From an uncultured Pseudomonadota bacterium (lineage in GTDB: Bacteria > Pseudomonadota > Alphaproteobacteria > RF32 > CAG-239), in assembly GCA_902799835.1 (NCBI GenBank), contig CADCCF010000005.1, forward strand, positions 193,722-257,721: a DNA stretch of 64,000 bases, in the 5' to 3' direction. Below the pieces are notes generated by a model, which had not been told where the DNA came from, ran no database searches, and saw only the letters and a list, made by a program, of their open reading frames with translations. Position numbers and translations under genes: made by a program. Below are positions 1 through 10,149 of this stretch, in pieces (within the stretch, counting starts at the first letter, position 1; each line of letters begins with the position of its first letter).

Positions 1-687
1 ATTTGGTTGGGGCAACCGATTAAGTCCAGCAATAACAAATTGATCTCACCGGCGGTAGTGCGTGCGGCTTTTGAACCTAAAAACATTATTTCGCATTCAC
101 CCTTGATAGTCGGTCTTGATATTGCCCGTTTTGGTGATGACCGCACGGTATTTTGTTTGCGTCAGGGGCGTTGTTGTCATAAATTTATCAGTTTAGAGCA
201 TTACGATGTCGTAAGCGTTGCCGATTATTGTCAAAACATTATCCGCGATTATCAGCCGGTCAAAATTTTTCTTGATGCCGGAGGAGTTGGTGCCGGAGTA
301 TATGACATTTTGGTATCACGAGGATATCGCCGCTTGATAAGAGCAATCAATTTCGGATCACGAGCAATTGCAGATGATCGTTATTATAATCGTCGTGCCG
401 AAATGTGGGATAATGCTCGAGATTGGTTGTCATCAGATTTGGCGGTACAATTGCCTAACGATGAAAAACTATTAGATGAATTATGTTCAGTCAACAAATC
501 TTATGACAGCAAAGGTCGTCTGTTGTTAGAAAGCAAAGATGAAGTGAAAAAGCGTTTGGGCAGATCCCCTGATTTGGCCGATGCTTTTGTACTGACCTTT
601 GCCGAACCTGTCGTTGAGCAATCTCCGCCACGTCCTCCGGATAGTATTGAATCTTTGTTTTCCGATAACAGTAACGGGAAATGGTAA
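1..687 (+). CDS. Phage terminase large subunit, C-terminal (nuclease) part; 5' end lies outside the window
   Basis: The frame is open from nucleotide 1. Acidic-residue motifs typical of the TerL RNaseH-like nuclease domain are present (LDAGGVGAGVYD, DLADAFVLTF). It lies directly upstream of the portal and capsid genes. Confidence 0.7.
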   Translation: MWLGQPIKSSNNKLISPAVVRAAFEPKNIISHSPLIVGLDIARFGDDRTVFCLRQGRCCHKFISLEHYDVVSVADYCQNIIRDYQPVKIFLDAGGVGAGVYDILVSRGYRRLIRAINFGSRAIADDRYYNRRAEMWDNARDWLSSDLAVQLPNDEKLLDELCSVNKSYDSKGRLLLESKDEVKKRLGRSPDLADAFVLTFAEPVVEQSPPRPPDSIESLFSDNSNGKW

Positions 688-754
688 AACCTAAAGCGCT
701 TCTTAGTTCTTAAAGATGCGCTTTTTTCATATCTGTAAAAGAAAGGATACAATC

Positions 755-1003
755 ATGATTAAAGCTATTGCCGACCGTATTTTTGTTCGGCTTGAGCCAC
801 AAGAAAAAACATCTCATCTGATTATTGACAGTTTGCAAAATCCTCGGGTCATCGGTCGGGTTGAAAGCGTCGGTGAAAGGGTAAATTCAGTAAAACCGGG
901 TGACAAAATTTTGTTCCATCTTTTTGATGAGTTACCTTCTCACCAAAAAGATGTGGTCGTTTTAAGAGAAAATTCAATTTTAGGAGTATTTGAAAATGAG
1001 TGA
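755..1003 (+). CDS. Small (82 aa) GroES/cpn10-like beta-barrel protein encoded between terminase and portal
   Basis: An AAAGGA RBS precedes the ATG at 755. The residue pattern is DRIFVR..E.EKT...II......GRV.SVG.....VKPGDKILF.....VVLRE.SIL.V.E. This matches the GroES signature DRV.V....E.KT.GGI....G.V.AVG...VKVGD.V.F....E....IL.I.E. Confidence 0.35.
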   Translation: MIKAIADRIFVRLEPQEKTSHLIIDSLQNPRVIGRVESVGERVNSVKPGDKILFHLFDELPSHQKDVVVLRENSILGVFENE

Positions 1004-2771
1004 TAATTTAGAATATAAAGAAGAAAATGAGGTTAAAAATTGGCTGGCCAAAATTGCTAAAGCCGAACAACATTATCATGACTACCATGAGACAATTAAA
1101 AAAATCCGTCAGTATTATCGCGGAGATATCAAGAATGATAAACAAAATATTTTTTGGTCTTCAATTGAAACCTTAAAACCGTTTTTATATTTCAAACAAC
1201 CTAAACCCTACATTGCTCGTAAAGAAAAATCATCTGACAAATCACAAAATTATGCCTGTATGATATTAGAACGTGCACTACTTTGGGATTTGGAACAGTT
1301 TGATTTTGACAGTGTAATAAAATATGCCCGCAATGACTTTTTGCTTGCCGGTTCCGGTATGGTAATCGAGCGTTATCGTCCGCGTTTCGGTTTGGTTAAT
1401 AACCAATCGCAAGAACCGGTTGAAATTAAAATCGACGAACAAGTCAGAACGGAATATCTTGATCCGCTTAATTTTATTGCTGATTCGGAAAAGGTCGGTA
1501 TTTGGGAAGATTGCACTTGGTTTGCCATCAGGCAATATATGACCTTTGCATCGGCTATTGCAGCTTTTGGTGAAAATATCGCCAAAGGATATTTTGCCGA
1601 CGACAAGTCTTCTTCCAAAACAATTGAAGTATATGAGGTATGGGATAAGTCATCGAAACGCGTCTTGTTTTTGAGCCGTCACTTTCCCAATCATTTTTTA
1701 AAAGTTGTAGAAGGGGGATTGTCGTTGGATAATTTTTATCCGATACCGAAACCGATATTTGCTACCACAACTAACGACAGTATTATTCCGGTTCCTGATT
1801 ATATTCAGATAAAACCGCTTCTTGATGAGCTTGATGGCGTTACATCGCGCATGGAAAAAACTATGAAAGCAATCAAAGTATCCGGTTGTTATGATAATGC
1901 ATTTCCTGAGTTAGCTTCAATCTTAAATAAAGAAGTAACTTTGGTCAGCGTTTCTGATTTTGACCGTCTCAAATCGGCCGGCGGAATCAAAAATATTGTC
2001 GATTTTATGCCGATAGAACAATACATAAATGCTCTGCAAGCGCTGGCCTTAAGACGGCAAGATCTGGTTAATGCCATTTATGAAGTAACCGGAGTTTCTG
2101 ATATTATGCGCGGATCTTCCAATTCTGGTGAGACAGCAACTGCAGTTGTTAAAAAGACCAATTTCGGCACATTGCGCAACCAGGATCGCCAAAATGATAT
2201 GCAGCGATTTATTGCGGAGATTTTTAAAATCAAAGCAGAAATTATTTGTGAACATTTTTCTAAAGACAAATTACTGTCATTTTTGCCGGTTGATGAACGC
2301 ACCGCTTCTGAGGCGATTGCCGCGGTAGAAATTTTGAAACAAGATCGTTTGCGCGGTATGATTTTGGGTGTTGATAGTGAGACTGCCGGCTCCGAAGAGC
2401 AAACTTTGCAAAACAATAATTTGGCAATTAATTCGATTCATACTTTGATAAGTCAGGCATTTGATGTGGTCAGCAAACAGCCGCTTTTGTTGGATTTGTA
2501 TCGCCAAATGATTTCATCTTTGGTGGCAATTCTTCCCAATGCTCGTCAATATGACAGTGTGTTGGAACATTGCTTTGATAAAATTGCTGAGGAGTTTAAT
2601 CAACCTGATGCTCCGCAGTCCGAATTTAATTTGCAACAGCAATTAGTGCAGTCGCAAAAACAAAAAGACTTAGCCGAAATATCACTGAAAAAAGAGCAAA
2701 ACGATATCAAACGAATGGAGTTGTTGCTCAAATATCAAAATAAAAACACCAAGTCGAGTAACAACCAATGA
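996..2771 (+). CDS. Phage portal protein (about 590 aa)
   Basis: An AGGAG RBS sits 9 nt upstream of the ATG at 996. Size and position immediately after terminase fit a portal. It has a YEVTGVSDIMRG-type segment and a coiled-coil, acidic C-terminus typical of portals. Confidence 0.6.
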   Translation: MSDNLEYKEENEVKNWLAKIAKAEQHYHDYHETIKKIRQYYRGDIKNDKQNIFWSSIETLKPFLYFKQPKPYIARKEKSSDKSQNYACMILERALLWDLEQFDFDSVIKYARNDFLLAGSGMVIERYRPRFGLVNNQSQEPVEIKIDEQVRTEYLDPLNFIADSEKVGIWEDCTWFAIRQYMTFASAIAAFGENIAKGYFADDKSSSKTIEVYEVWDKSSKRVLFLSRHFPNHFLKVVEGGLSLDNFYPIPKPIFATTTNDSIIPVPDYIQIKPLLDELDGVTSRMEKTMKAIKVSGCYDNAFPELASILNKEVTLVSVSDFDRLKSAGGIKNIVDFMPIEQYINALQALALRRQDLVNAIYEVTGVSDIMRGSSNSGETATAVVKKTNFGTLRNQDRQNDMQRFIAEIFKIKAEIICEHFSKDKLLSFLPVDERTASEAIAAVEILKQDRLRGMILGVDSETAGSEEQTLQNNNLAINSIHTLISQAFDVVSKQPLLLDLYRQMISSLVAILPNARQYDSVLEHCFDKIAEEFNQPDAPQSEFNLQQQLVQSQKQKDLAEISLKKEQNDIKRMELLLKYQNKNTKSSNNQ

Positions 2772-2998
2772 CCTATTTTTCAAAAAATTTTTCGGAGGAA
2801 GTAATCCTTCCGGATGGAAGCGTTGCCTCATCTGTTGCGGATATTGATCGCTTCCTGAAGGCCAATGATTTGGCCGCAGCATCTGACTATTCTGCTGGTT
2901 ATTTGCAGAATATTCGAATGCTTCAAGAAAAACATCAGCGTGAAGAAATTTTCGCTGACTTACTTCAACAATACAAAAAAAGGATATGGAATGACTAA
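2768..2998 (+). CDS. Small hypothetical phage head protein (76 aa)
   Basis: The ORF overlaps both the portal stop and the scaffold start. It has no recognisable motif. Confidence 0.25.
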   Translation: MTYFSKNFSEEVILPDGSVASSVADIDRFLKANDLAAASDYSAGYLQNIRMLQEKHQREEIFADLLQQYKKRIWND

Positions 2999-3767
2999 AG
3001 ATACTTTAGAACCAGAAAATCAATCCCCGATGTCTGACGACAAAGGGGATTTTTTAGTACCTCCTTCGGGGTATGACAAAGAGATTGCCGAAACCTTTGC
3101 CGAATTGCCGCTGAATTGGCGTCGCTATCTTTGCGCACGTGAAGCAGAAATTGACAAAGGATTTGGTAACTTGCGCTCTCAAATCGCCATGTACAAATGG
3201 TTGGAGAATACTTATGCCGCCATTGAAGCTGAGTTGCGCAAATATGGTGTTGCTTCACAGGAAGATTGGTTGCACAAGTTGGTTGATGTTGAAAAACAGC
3301 TGCGCACCTCTCCGCAAGCCGCCATTAAGATGTTAGCCGAAAGTTATGGTGTCGGGATGCCGACTGCCGCAGCAAATAACTTAGGTCAACCATCTTACAA
3401 TATTTGGTCAACCAAAATTATCGAAAAGCAGATTCAAGATTTTGCTGATAGCTGCGATGATGCCGGCCAGCTTAAACATCCGTTTTATCAAGATGTTATT
3501 CAGGATATGTATCAGCTTCTTGCAAATCGATCAGCAACCAGTCTAGAAGAAGCCTATGATATGGCGGTTTGGCTAAACAAAAATACTCGAGCCAAAATGA
3601 TTGCTCGCAATATTGATTCCAGCCTGCAGAATAAAACTAAAGAAGCTCAAAAAGCCAAAGATGCGTCTTTTGCCGTTTCCGACAAAGCCGAACCTGACTA
3701 CAAAAATATGAGCCTGCGTGAAGAATTGGAACATCGTTTTGCCGAGTTTGGTTTTATTGATGATTAA
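2991..3767 (+). CDS. Scaffolding-like protein (258 aa, predicted alpha-helical)
   Basis: An AAGGA RBS precedes the ATG at 2991. The sequence is rich in helix-forming, charged residues. It lies between portal and capsid, the canonical scaffold position. Confidence 0.4.
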   Translation: MTKDTLEPENQSPMSDDKGDFLVPPSGYDKEIAETFAELPLNWRRYLCAREAEIDKGFGNLRSQIAMYKWLENTYAAIEAELRKYGVASQEDWLHKLVDVEKQLRTSPQAAIKMLAESYGVGMPTAAANNLGQPSYNIWSTKIIEKQIQDFADSCDDAGQLKHPFYQDVIQDMYQLLANRSATSLEEAYDMAVWLNKNTRAKMIARNIDSSLQNKTKEAQKAKDASFAVSDKAEPDYKNMSLREELEHRFAEFGFIDD

Positions 3768-3805
3768 TTTTATTGTTTTAAATTTTTTTGAAAGGAAAAA
3801 TAAAT

Positions 3806-4843
3806 ATGCCTAATGCAAATTATAATGATGTGTTTACCATGACATTGGAATCCCGTACTGCCAAAATGGCCGACAATATGTCGAAAAACAATGCCCTTTT
3901 GCGCAAGTTGCAGGAAAAAAACAATGTTCGTCCGATTTTGGGCGGTTCCAAAATTTTGGAAGAATTGGAATATGGTGAAGGTGATGTTGTTTGGTATTCC
4001 GGTTATGATACCATCAATTACACTCCCAAACAATTGTTCACTGCTGCCGAATACGCCATCAAGTTGGCCGCTGTTCCGGTAGCTATTTCCGGTGAAGATT
4101 TGTTGAAAAACTCAAGTCATGCTCAGGTAATGGACTTGTTATTAAAACGCATTAACAACGCTGAAAAAAGCATGGCTAACCAGTTGGCTTATGCCATGTA
4201 TGGCGATGGTACAGCTTCCAGCGGCAAGTCAATCGGCGGATTGAGATTATTGGTGGCTGATGATCCGACTACCGGCACAGTCGGTAACATTAACCGTGCA
4301 ACTTCAGGCAACGAATTTTGGCGCAACCAGTCTTTGAGTGTTAATGCTGTTTCCAAAGATAACATTTTGGAAAAAATGAACAACCTCTACATGGCTTGCT
4401 CGCGTGGTCATGACAAACCTGATTTGATTGTTGCCGACAACACATTTTATTCAACCTTTGAAGCTGCTTTGCAGGATGGTCAGCGTTTCTTGAATCCTAA
4501 TTTAGCTGATTCCGGATTTAGCAACTTGCGCTTTAAGGGTGCTGATGTGGTGTTTGATGGTGGACAGGGTGGTTATTGCCCGGAAAATCATATGTATTTC
4601 TTAAACACTGATTACCTCTTTTTGCGTCCTCACAAAGATCGCAATATGAAAGTTATTGATGGCAGTCGTGTTGCCGTAAACCAAGATGCAATGTACCGCA
4701 TTATCGGTTGGGCCGGCAATATGACTATGTCAAATGCTGCTTTGCAAGGCGTTTTGATAAATGTTCCGGCAGCCTCATCTGAGAGTTCAGCTTCAAATGA
4801 TAATGATTCTTCGACTGAAGGCGATACAACCGATAACGGCTAA
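3806..4843 (+). CDS. Major capsid protein candidate (345 aa) with a Ser/Asp-rich C-terminal tail
   Basis: An AAAGGAAAAA RBS precedes the ATG at 3806. Position after the scaffold and size fit a capsid protein. No motif-level confirmation is possible. Confidence 0.5.
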   Translation: MPNANYNDVFTMTLESRTAKMADNMSKNNALLRKLQEKNNVRPILGGSKILEELEYGEGDVVWYSGYDTINYTPKQLFTAAEYAIKLAAVPVAISGEDLLKNSSHAQVMDLLLKRINNAEKSMANQLAYAMYGDGTASSGKSIGGLRLLVADDPTTGTVGNINRATSGNEFWRNQSLSVNAVSKDNILEKMNNLYMACSRGHDKPDLIVADNTFYSTFEAALQDGQRFLNPNLADSGFSNLRFKGADVVFDGGQGGYCPENHMYFLNTDYLFLRPHKDRNMKVIDGSRVAVNQDAMYRIIGWAGNMTMSNAALQGVLINVPAASSESSASNDNDSSTEGDTTDNG

Positions 4844-4915
4844 TTATTGCAATATTTAACAGACAAAGGGCTGCTTTATTAAAAAGCAGTCCTTTGTCAT
4901 AATGGGAGAATTAAT

Positions 4916-5482
4916 ATGGATTTTGATACTTATCAAAAATTGATAGAGCAAAATAAAAATCATCTTGATGAAGGTGTATCAGCCAGATTTTATGATCGAG
5001 CGGTCAAAACAGGACAACTCGATAACAATGGTATTCCTAAATTCAAGGATGTTTGTTATTGCGAAATCAGAATCAAGGATAACACCACAGAGGTCTTTGA
5101 TCAGCCGGCCACTCCTGAAAAAATCGAGCGGTTTCCGGTTGAATATGCCCGTTATCAGCTATCCAAAAAACAAGCAAAGGCAGGAACGCCATTAGAGAAT
5201 TTTGCTTTTCTTTCTTTAAGCGAAATTGAAAGTTGTAAATATCATGGAATTTTCACTCTTGAAGCTTTGGCTTCATTATCGGAAGACCGTGTTCGCAATC
5301 TCAATTTGACCAAAGAGCAAAAAACCGCGCAGTGTTTTTTGGAAAACAATCGTCAGGTCAAAAGTACCGAAGAAATTGCTCAACTAAAAGATGGCTATGA
5401 ACAAAAGATAGCTTCGCTTAAAGCTGAACTTGATGATTTGAAAAACAAAATTACAACTTCTGTCAGGAGAAAGAAAAAATGA
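4916..5482 (+). CDS. Hypothetical virion protein (188 aa), possible head completion or adaptor protein
   Basis: A co-oriented ORF with a strong RBS that overlaps the next gene (ATGA). It has a C-terminal coiled coil. Confidence 0.3.
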   Translation: MDFDTYQKLIEQNKNHLDEGVSARFYDRAVKTGQLDNNGIPKFKDVCYCEIRIKDNTTEVFDQPATPEKIERFPVEYARYQLSKKQAKAGTPLENFAFLSLSEIESCKYHGIFTLEALASLSEDRVRNLNLTKEQKTAQCFLENNRQVKSTEEIAQLKDGYEQKIASLKAELDDLKNKITTSVRRKKK

Positions 5483-6189
5483 AATCAATTTTAAGCATAT
5501 GTCAGGAAGTTGCCGATATGGCGGCAGTAAAACGTCCTGAAAGTTTGTTCGCCACCAATTCAATGTCCGACAATATATTTTTGAGTGTTGCCAAATCAAC
5601 GCTCGATAGCCTATTGCGTTATGGTGATTGGCCTGAATTGATTAAGGAAGCAGTTTTACAAACTGATCCGGGACGCAAAAATTATTCTGTTGAAGAAATC
5701 TGTTATGATTTTTATTCTATGTTGCCGAATACCATTTATATCAAAGATATTCATGAAAAAGTCATCGGATCGATAGATCCGCAAACTTGGATGAAGTCAA
5801 AATATTTTTGCGATGACGGCGATTTGCTGAAATTTAAGTTGCAAAATAATCAGCTTAAATTTCTCAATTTGCCCGATTATCCGGTTAAAATAGTTTTTCA
5901 ATATCGTAGCAATTCAATATGCCTGCGTGCCAAAACAATGGAAGAAAGATCATCTATTCAATCAGATGACGACATTCCGATTTTTGATGAGTATTTGGTA
6001 AAGCTCGGAATTTTGTGGCGTTGGTTGAAACGTTCAGGGCTTGATTATGCGGAGGAATATGCTGAATACGAAGCTGAATTAAAAAAGAAATTTTCAGCTC
6101 AGTCAATATCTCAGGATATTCCGCTTGATTGTTATTGCCTTGAACCATTGGACAAAGGAGTGCGGATAAATGTTAAAGTCATACATTAA
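5479..6189 (+). CDS. Hypothetical virion protein (236 aa)
   Basis: It is translationally coupled to its neighbours and lies in the structural module. Confidence 0.3.
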   Translation: MKSILSICQEVADMAAVKRPESLFATNSMSDNIFLSVAKSTLDSLLRYGDWPELIKEAVLQTDPGRKNYSVEEICYDFYSMLPNTIYIKDIHEKVIGSIDPQTWMKSKYFCDDGDLLKFKLQNNQLKFLNLPDYPVKIVFQYRSNSICLRAKTMEERSSIQSDDDIPIFDEYLVKLGILWRWLKRSGLDYAEEYAEYEAELKKKFSAQSISQDIPLDCYCLEPLDKGVRINVKVIH

Positions 6190-7726
6190 TCGCACCGGAA
6201 AATCTTTAAGCTATACCATTGCTGCTCCGATTGGCGGACTAAATTGTCGTGATGCATATAATGTAATGCCACCTGAAGATGCTATTGTTATGGACAATTA
6301 TATTCCGCTTGATAACAAAATAGCTTTGCGTAAAGGCTATATTGATTATTATAAGAATAATCATCGTTTCTTGACTTTGGCAACCTACAAAAAGGATGAT
6401 AAACAAAGGCTTATCGGCATATCCTCAGGTAAGGCTTATAATTTGTCATCAGCATCCAATGTCAGTGTGTATGACAATCTGACTTTCAACAGTGATCGCT
6501 GTCAAACTGTTCAATACAAAGATTATCTTTATTTTATGAATGGTATTGATGTTCCCAAAGTTTATCATCTTGATGATGAAAACAATGAAACTTTTAGCGA
6601 TTGGGGGTTTCGCAATGATAATTTAACACCATCCAAGATTATTGCCGGAGGTGTTTCTAAACAATTTTTTTGGGCTTTGGAAAAAAACACTCTGCGTGTA
6701 TGGTATTCGGCTCAAGCCGGCAATATATCAGGAGATCTTAATTGTTTCGATCTAAGCAGTATCGCGCGGTTTGGCGGCCATCTTATGGCTGTATGTAATT
6801 GGACTGTTGATGGTGGTCAAGGAATAGATGATTTAACTGTGTTTATCACTTCAGAAGGCGAAGTTTTGGTTTATGATGGAACCAATCCTAATTCAGCTGA
6901 CAGTTGGTCGTTGAAAGGCAGTTATAAAATTTCACCACCGATCGGCTATCGATGCACCTTGCAATATCAAGGTGATATTATCATTATCACTGAGGATGGT
7001 TATTTGCCATTATCCAAAGTTTTACCTTTGAACGAAGCCGGTGTTTCAACTTATGCCTTTTCCGATAAGATTCGCGGACTGGTTTTGGAACGTTCGTCAT
7101 CAGGTAAAAACAAAGACGGTTGGCAGGGAGTTATTTATACTCGTGGTGGTTATGCTTTGTTTAATGTGCCGTTAAGCCAGGGTTATGAACAACATGTTGC
7201 TAATCTCAATACCGGAGCGTGGTGTCGTTTCATCGGCATTAAGGCACATTGTTGGTGTTTATTTCATGATAAATTATATTTTGGTTCTGATTATGGCGTT
7301 TGCCAGTTTGACCAGGGTTATTCCGATAATGGTATCTCAATTATCGGTGAGGTTCGTCAAGCTTATACCAATTTAGGAACTGATGTTTTGAAAAAAATTC
7401 AGTTGCTTAATCCTCGCACTGCTTCAAGCGGCAGATATGCCTTGGTTATATATACTGATGTTGATTATATTCACAGTTTGCAAAACACTTCGGAAACTTT
7501 GGGTTTTGGCGGAGTTACCAAATGGAACAAAGCACAATGGTCAAATTCTATCACCCAAGGACAAACCAAATGGCAAACATCTCGTAGCATAATTCGTTCC
7601 AATTGGATTGCCAATTCTGCCACTGGTTACAAGATTAGCGTTGTGTTTAAAACGCGCACAAGTGGTAACTTGATTGAGTGGTATGATACGGGGGTGCGCT
7701 ATGAACAAGCCTCAGGAATCATGTAG
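6170..7726 (+). CDS. Large virion structural protein (518 aa); tail tubular or adaptor candidate in a tail lacking sheath and tube genes
   Basis: The composition is beta-rich. It is the largest non-fibre protein between the head genes and the fibres. Confidence 0.3.
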   Translation: MLKSYINRTGKSLSYTIAAPIGGLNCRDAYNVMPPEDAIVMDNYIPLDNKIALRKGYIDYYKNNHRFLTLATYKKDDKQRLIGISSGKAYNLSSASNVSVYDNLTFNSDRCQTVQYKDYLYFMNGIDVPKVYHLDDENNETFSDWGFRNDNLTPSKIIAGGVSKQFFWALEKNTLRVWYSAQAGNISGDLNCFDLSSIARFGGHLMAVCNWTVDGGQGIDDLTVFITSEGEVLVYDGTNPNSADSWSLKGSYKISPPIGYRCTLQYQGDIIIITEDGYLPLSKVLPLNEAGVSTYAFSDKIRGLVLERSSSGKNKDGWQGVIYTRGGYALFNVPLSQGYEQHVANLNTGAWCRFIGIKAHCWCLFHDKLYFGSDYGVCQFDQGYSDNGISIIGEVRQAYTNLGTDVLKKIQLLNPRTASSGRYALVIYTDVDYIHSLQNTSETLGFGGVTKWNKAQWSNSITQGQTKWQTSRSIIRSNWIANSATGYKISVVFKTRTSGNLIEWYDTGVRYEQASGIM

Positions 7727-8150
7727 AATTATTTATGATTATGGACACAACATAGCTCGTTGGGTTTGTCTCAAATTGGGCTATGATGCCGATGCCATAT
7801 CCGATGGACAAGCGTTAGGTTTTGCTATCGGATCGCAATTAATCGGCGGTTTAATCTACCACAATATTCGTGAAGGGCGCGACTTGTGGTGGACAATTTA
7901 TACCATGGATAAGCGTTGGTGTTGTAAAAGAATTCTTCAAGCAATCTTCGGGCTAGCCTTTGATGTTTATAAGGTTCATCGCATCAGTATATTGGTACGA
8001 TGCGATAATGTCCCATGTCTAAAATTGGTTGAACGACTGGGATTTAAACGCGAAGGAACATTGAGAGCTTATGATGATTCCGGCACTGACAGTTATATCT
8101 ATGGAATGTTACAATCTGAAAATTTATGGAAAGGAAAAACAAATGAGTAA
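7674..8150 (+). CDS. GNAT-family N-acetyltransferase encoded inside the tail module
   Basis: The C-terminal segment LVRCDNVPCLKLVERLGFKREGTLRAYDDSGTDSYIYGML is a classic GNAT acetyl-CoA-binding and beta-strand signature of the RimJ/RimL type. Confidence 0.55.
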   Translation: MSGMIRGCAMNKPQESCRIIYDYGHNIARWVCLKLGYDADAISDGQALGFAIGSQLIGGLIYHNIREGRDLWWTIYTMDKRWCCKRILQAIFGLAFDVYKVHRISILVRCDNVPCLKLVERLGFKREGTLRAYDDSGTDSYIYGMLQSENLWKGKTNE

Positions 8151-9042
8151 AGCAATAGGAAAAGCTTTGGGAGCAGGCGGAGCTTCCACCAGTGTTTATG
8201 GTTCGGAGAGCAATATCTTAAATTATCTCAAAAATTATAACACAACCAACTATGATAATACGTTGAACAATTTGACATCTTATGCCGCCAATGCTTCACA
8301 AAATTTACCCAACATGGGAAATTATAATTTTAGTGTTGCAGCCTCAGATGGTGCCAGACAAAGAGCAGAGCAGGCAACATACAATTCTTATGCCAATTTG
8401 ATGCAGCCGACTTTTGCCAACCAAACTGATGATTTGCAAGCGCGCCTTGCCAATCAAGGATTAGCGGTTGGATCCGAAGCTTATCAAAGAGCAATGAATG
8501 ACTTACAAAACAATCAAAACAACGCCTTGAATCAGGCGGTATATCAGTCGGTGCTCAACGGACAAAACGCTTATTCACAGAGTTTGCAAGATCAAATTAA
8601 TGCAGCTTCTTTTGGCAACGCCGCACAAAGTAATTATATCAATCAGCTTCTGGCAGCCTTACAAAATTCAATTTCCGGCTATACTAATGCGATGAACCAA
8701 TATGATATTCAACATCAGGCAGACAATCGCATTGCTCAAAATCGAGCTTATAATTCGGCTGCTCAACATCAGGCCGGTAATGATTTCTTAAATTCAGCAG
8801 CCAGTGCGGCTGCCAGTGCGTTTTTAGCTTCGGATGCGCGGTTGAAAGAAAATCTTACACCAGTCGGAAAGTTAGATAACGGATTAACGGTTTATTGTTT
8901 CAATTTCAAAGGTAGTAAAGTGTTTCAAATCGGACTATTGGCCCAAGAAGTTCAAGCAGTAATGCCGGAAGCTGTTTTTGAAGGAGAAGACGGTTTCTTA
9001 AAAGTGAATTATCAATTAGCTTGCAAAATAAAGGAGAAATAA
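8143..9042 (+). CDS. Tail fibre or tailspike with a C-terminal intramolecular chaperone (peptidase S74) auto-cleavage domain
   Basis: The C-terminus reads SDARLKENLTPVGKLDNGLTVYCFNFKGSKVFQIGLLAQEVQAVMPEAVFEGEDGFLKVNYQ, matching the S74 signature (SDxRxKxNI ... AQEVQ ... P.AV ... DG). The central region is rich in Gln and Asn. Confidence 0.75.
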   Translation: MSKAIGKALGAGGASTSVYGSESNILNYLKNYNTTNYDNTLNNLTSYAANASQNLPNMGNYNFSVAASDGARQRAEQATYNSYANLMQPTFANQTDDLQARLANQGLAVGSEAYQRAMNDLQNNQNNALNQAVYQSVLNGQNAYSQSLQDQINAASFGNAAQSNYINQLLAALQNSISGYTNAMNQYDIQHQADNRIAQNRAYNSAAQHQAGNDFLNSAASAAASAFLASDARLKENLTPVGKLDNGLTVYCFNFKGSKVFQIGLLAQEVQAVMPEAVFEGEDGFLKVNYQLACKIKEK

Positions 9043-9043
9043 A

Positions 9044-9787
9044 ATGCCTTTTGACAGTGAAGGAGTATTTTCCCGTTTGCACAACTGGGAAGATGATCGC
9101 ATTAATGATATTGACATTATGTCAGATCGTCATGATGAAGAAGATGACAATTTTGCCGATGGACTGAGCCAGTGTTTGTTGCGCAATGGTCAGATTGCCA
9201 TGAGTGGAAATTTGCACATGGGAGGTTTTCAAATTAAAAGTTTAGCTGAAGGTCAAGCCAACAACGATGCAGTGAACAAAGGACAACTTAACACTGTGCA
9301 AACTACTTTGCAAAATGCCATAAATAGTGCAACAACATCAGCAAGTGTGTTTGTCGGCGATATTAAAACTTCATTACAAACTGCCAATCATGGCAACTGG
9401 CTTTTATGTAATGGACAGGCCGTGAGTCGCACAACATATGCTGACTTATTTGCTTTGTTAGGTGAAAATTTCGGTGCCGGTGACGGCTCAACAACTTTTA
9501 ATCTACCGGATTATCGCGGTAAGTTCTTGCGTGGTTTGGGTGGTGATTCCGAAACCGATATGTATACTACCCAAGCTGAGGGATTGCCTGAAATTAACAT
9601 CGGATATACTGGAACGCAAGGCAATGGTGACCCTGATAGTCCTTGGGATTCTGGTGGGGCTATGTATCCTAGAGCTTCTGAGAACATCTATCGTAGAGCA
9701 TCACAAAGTTCTGCAATATATGGAGCTTCGGAACACGTAACACCAATAAACCAAGCGATTAATTACTTTATTAGAGCAAAGGTATAA
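9044..9787 (+). CDS. Tail fibre protein with a phage tail-collar domain
   Basis: The segment GNWLLCNGQAVSRTTYADLFALLGENFGAGDGSTTFNLPDYRGKFLRGLG is the canonical tail-collar motif. Confidence 0.75.
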   Translation: MPFDSEGVFSRLHNWEDDRINDIDIMSDRHDEEDDNFADGLSQCLLRNGQIAMSGNLHMGGFQIKSLAEGQANNDAVNKGQLNTVQTTLQNAINSATTSASVFVGDIKTSLQTANHGNWLLCNGQAVSRTTYADLFALLGENFGAGDGSTTFNLPDYRGKFLRGLGGDSETDMYTTQAEGLPEINIGYTGTQGNGDPDSPWDSGGAMYPRASENIYRRASQSSAIYGASEHVTPINQAINYFIRAKV

Positions 9788-9791
9788 AATC

Positions 9792-10148
9792 ATGAGCGGA
9801 AGAGTTATCAATAATTTAATCGAAATCAGACAAGGCGACAGCTTTGCCGTGAATTTTCAAATCAAAAACAAGTGCCAACCGGCTGACTTGACCGGAGCGG
9901 TCATGACAATGCAGGTAAGAGATGAGAATAACAACCTGATGTTTACTCTTACCGGAACTGATGTTGATGTTAAAAACGGCAAAATGGCTTTGTTGTTTAC
10001 TCCAACCCAAACGAGTATTCCGGTTGGCGATTATAACACCGATATTCAAATCACCACGGCAGACGGTTCGGTTAACACTATTTTTCCGGCTGATGTTAAT
10101 CAAATCGGCACTTTTAGGATAACCGAGCAGGTAACCACGGGGGCATAA
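9792..10148 (+). CDS. Small beta-rich hypothetical tail protein (118 aa)
   Basis: It sits between the fibre genes and is translationally coupled to them. Confidence 0.3.
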   Translation: MSGRVINNLIEIRQGDSFAVNFQIKNKCQPADLTGAVMTMQVRDENNNLMFTLTGTDVDVKNGKMALLFTPTQTSIPVGDYNTDIQITTADGSVNTIFPADVNQIGTFRITEQVTTGA

Positions 10149-10149
10149 A

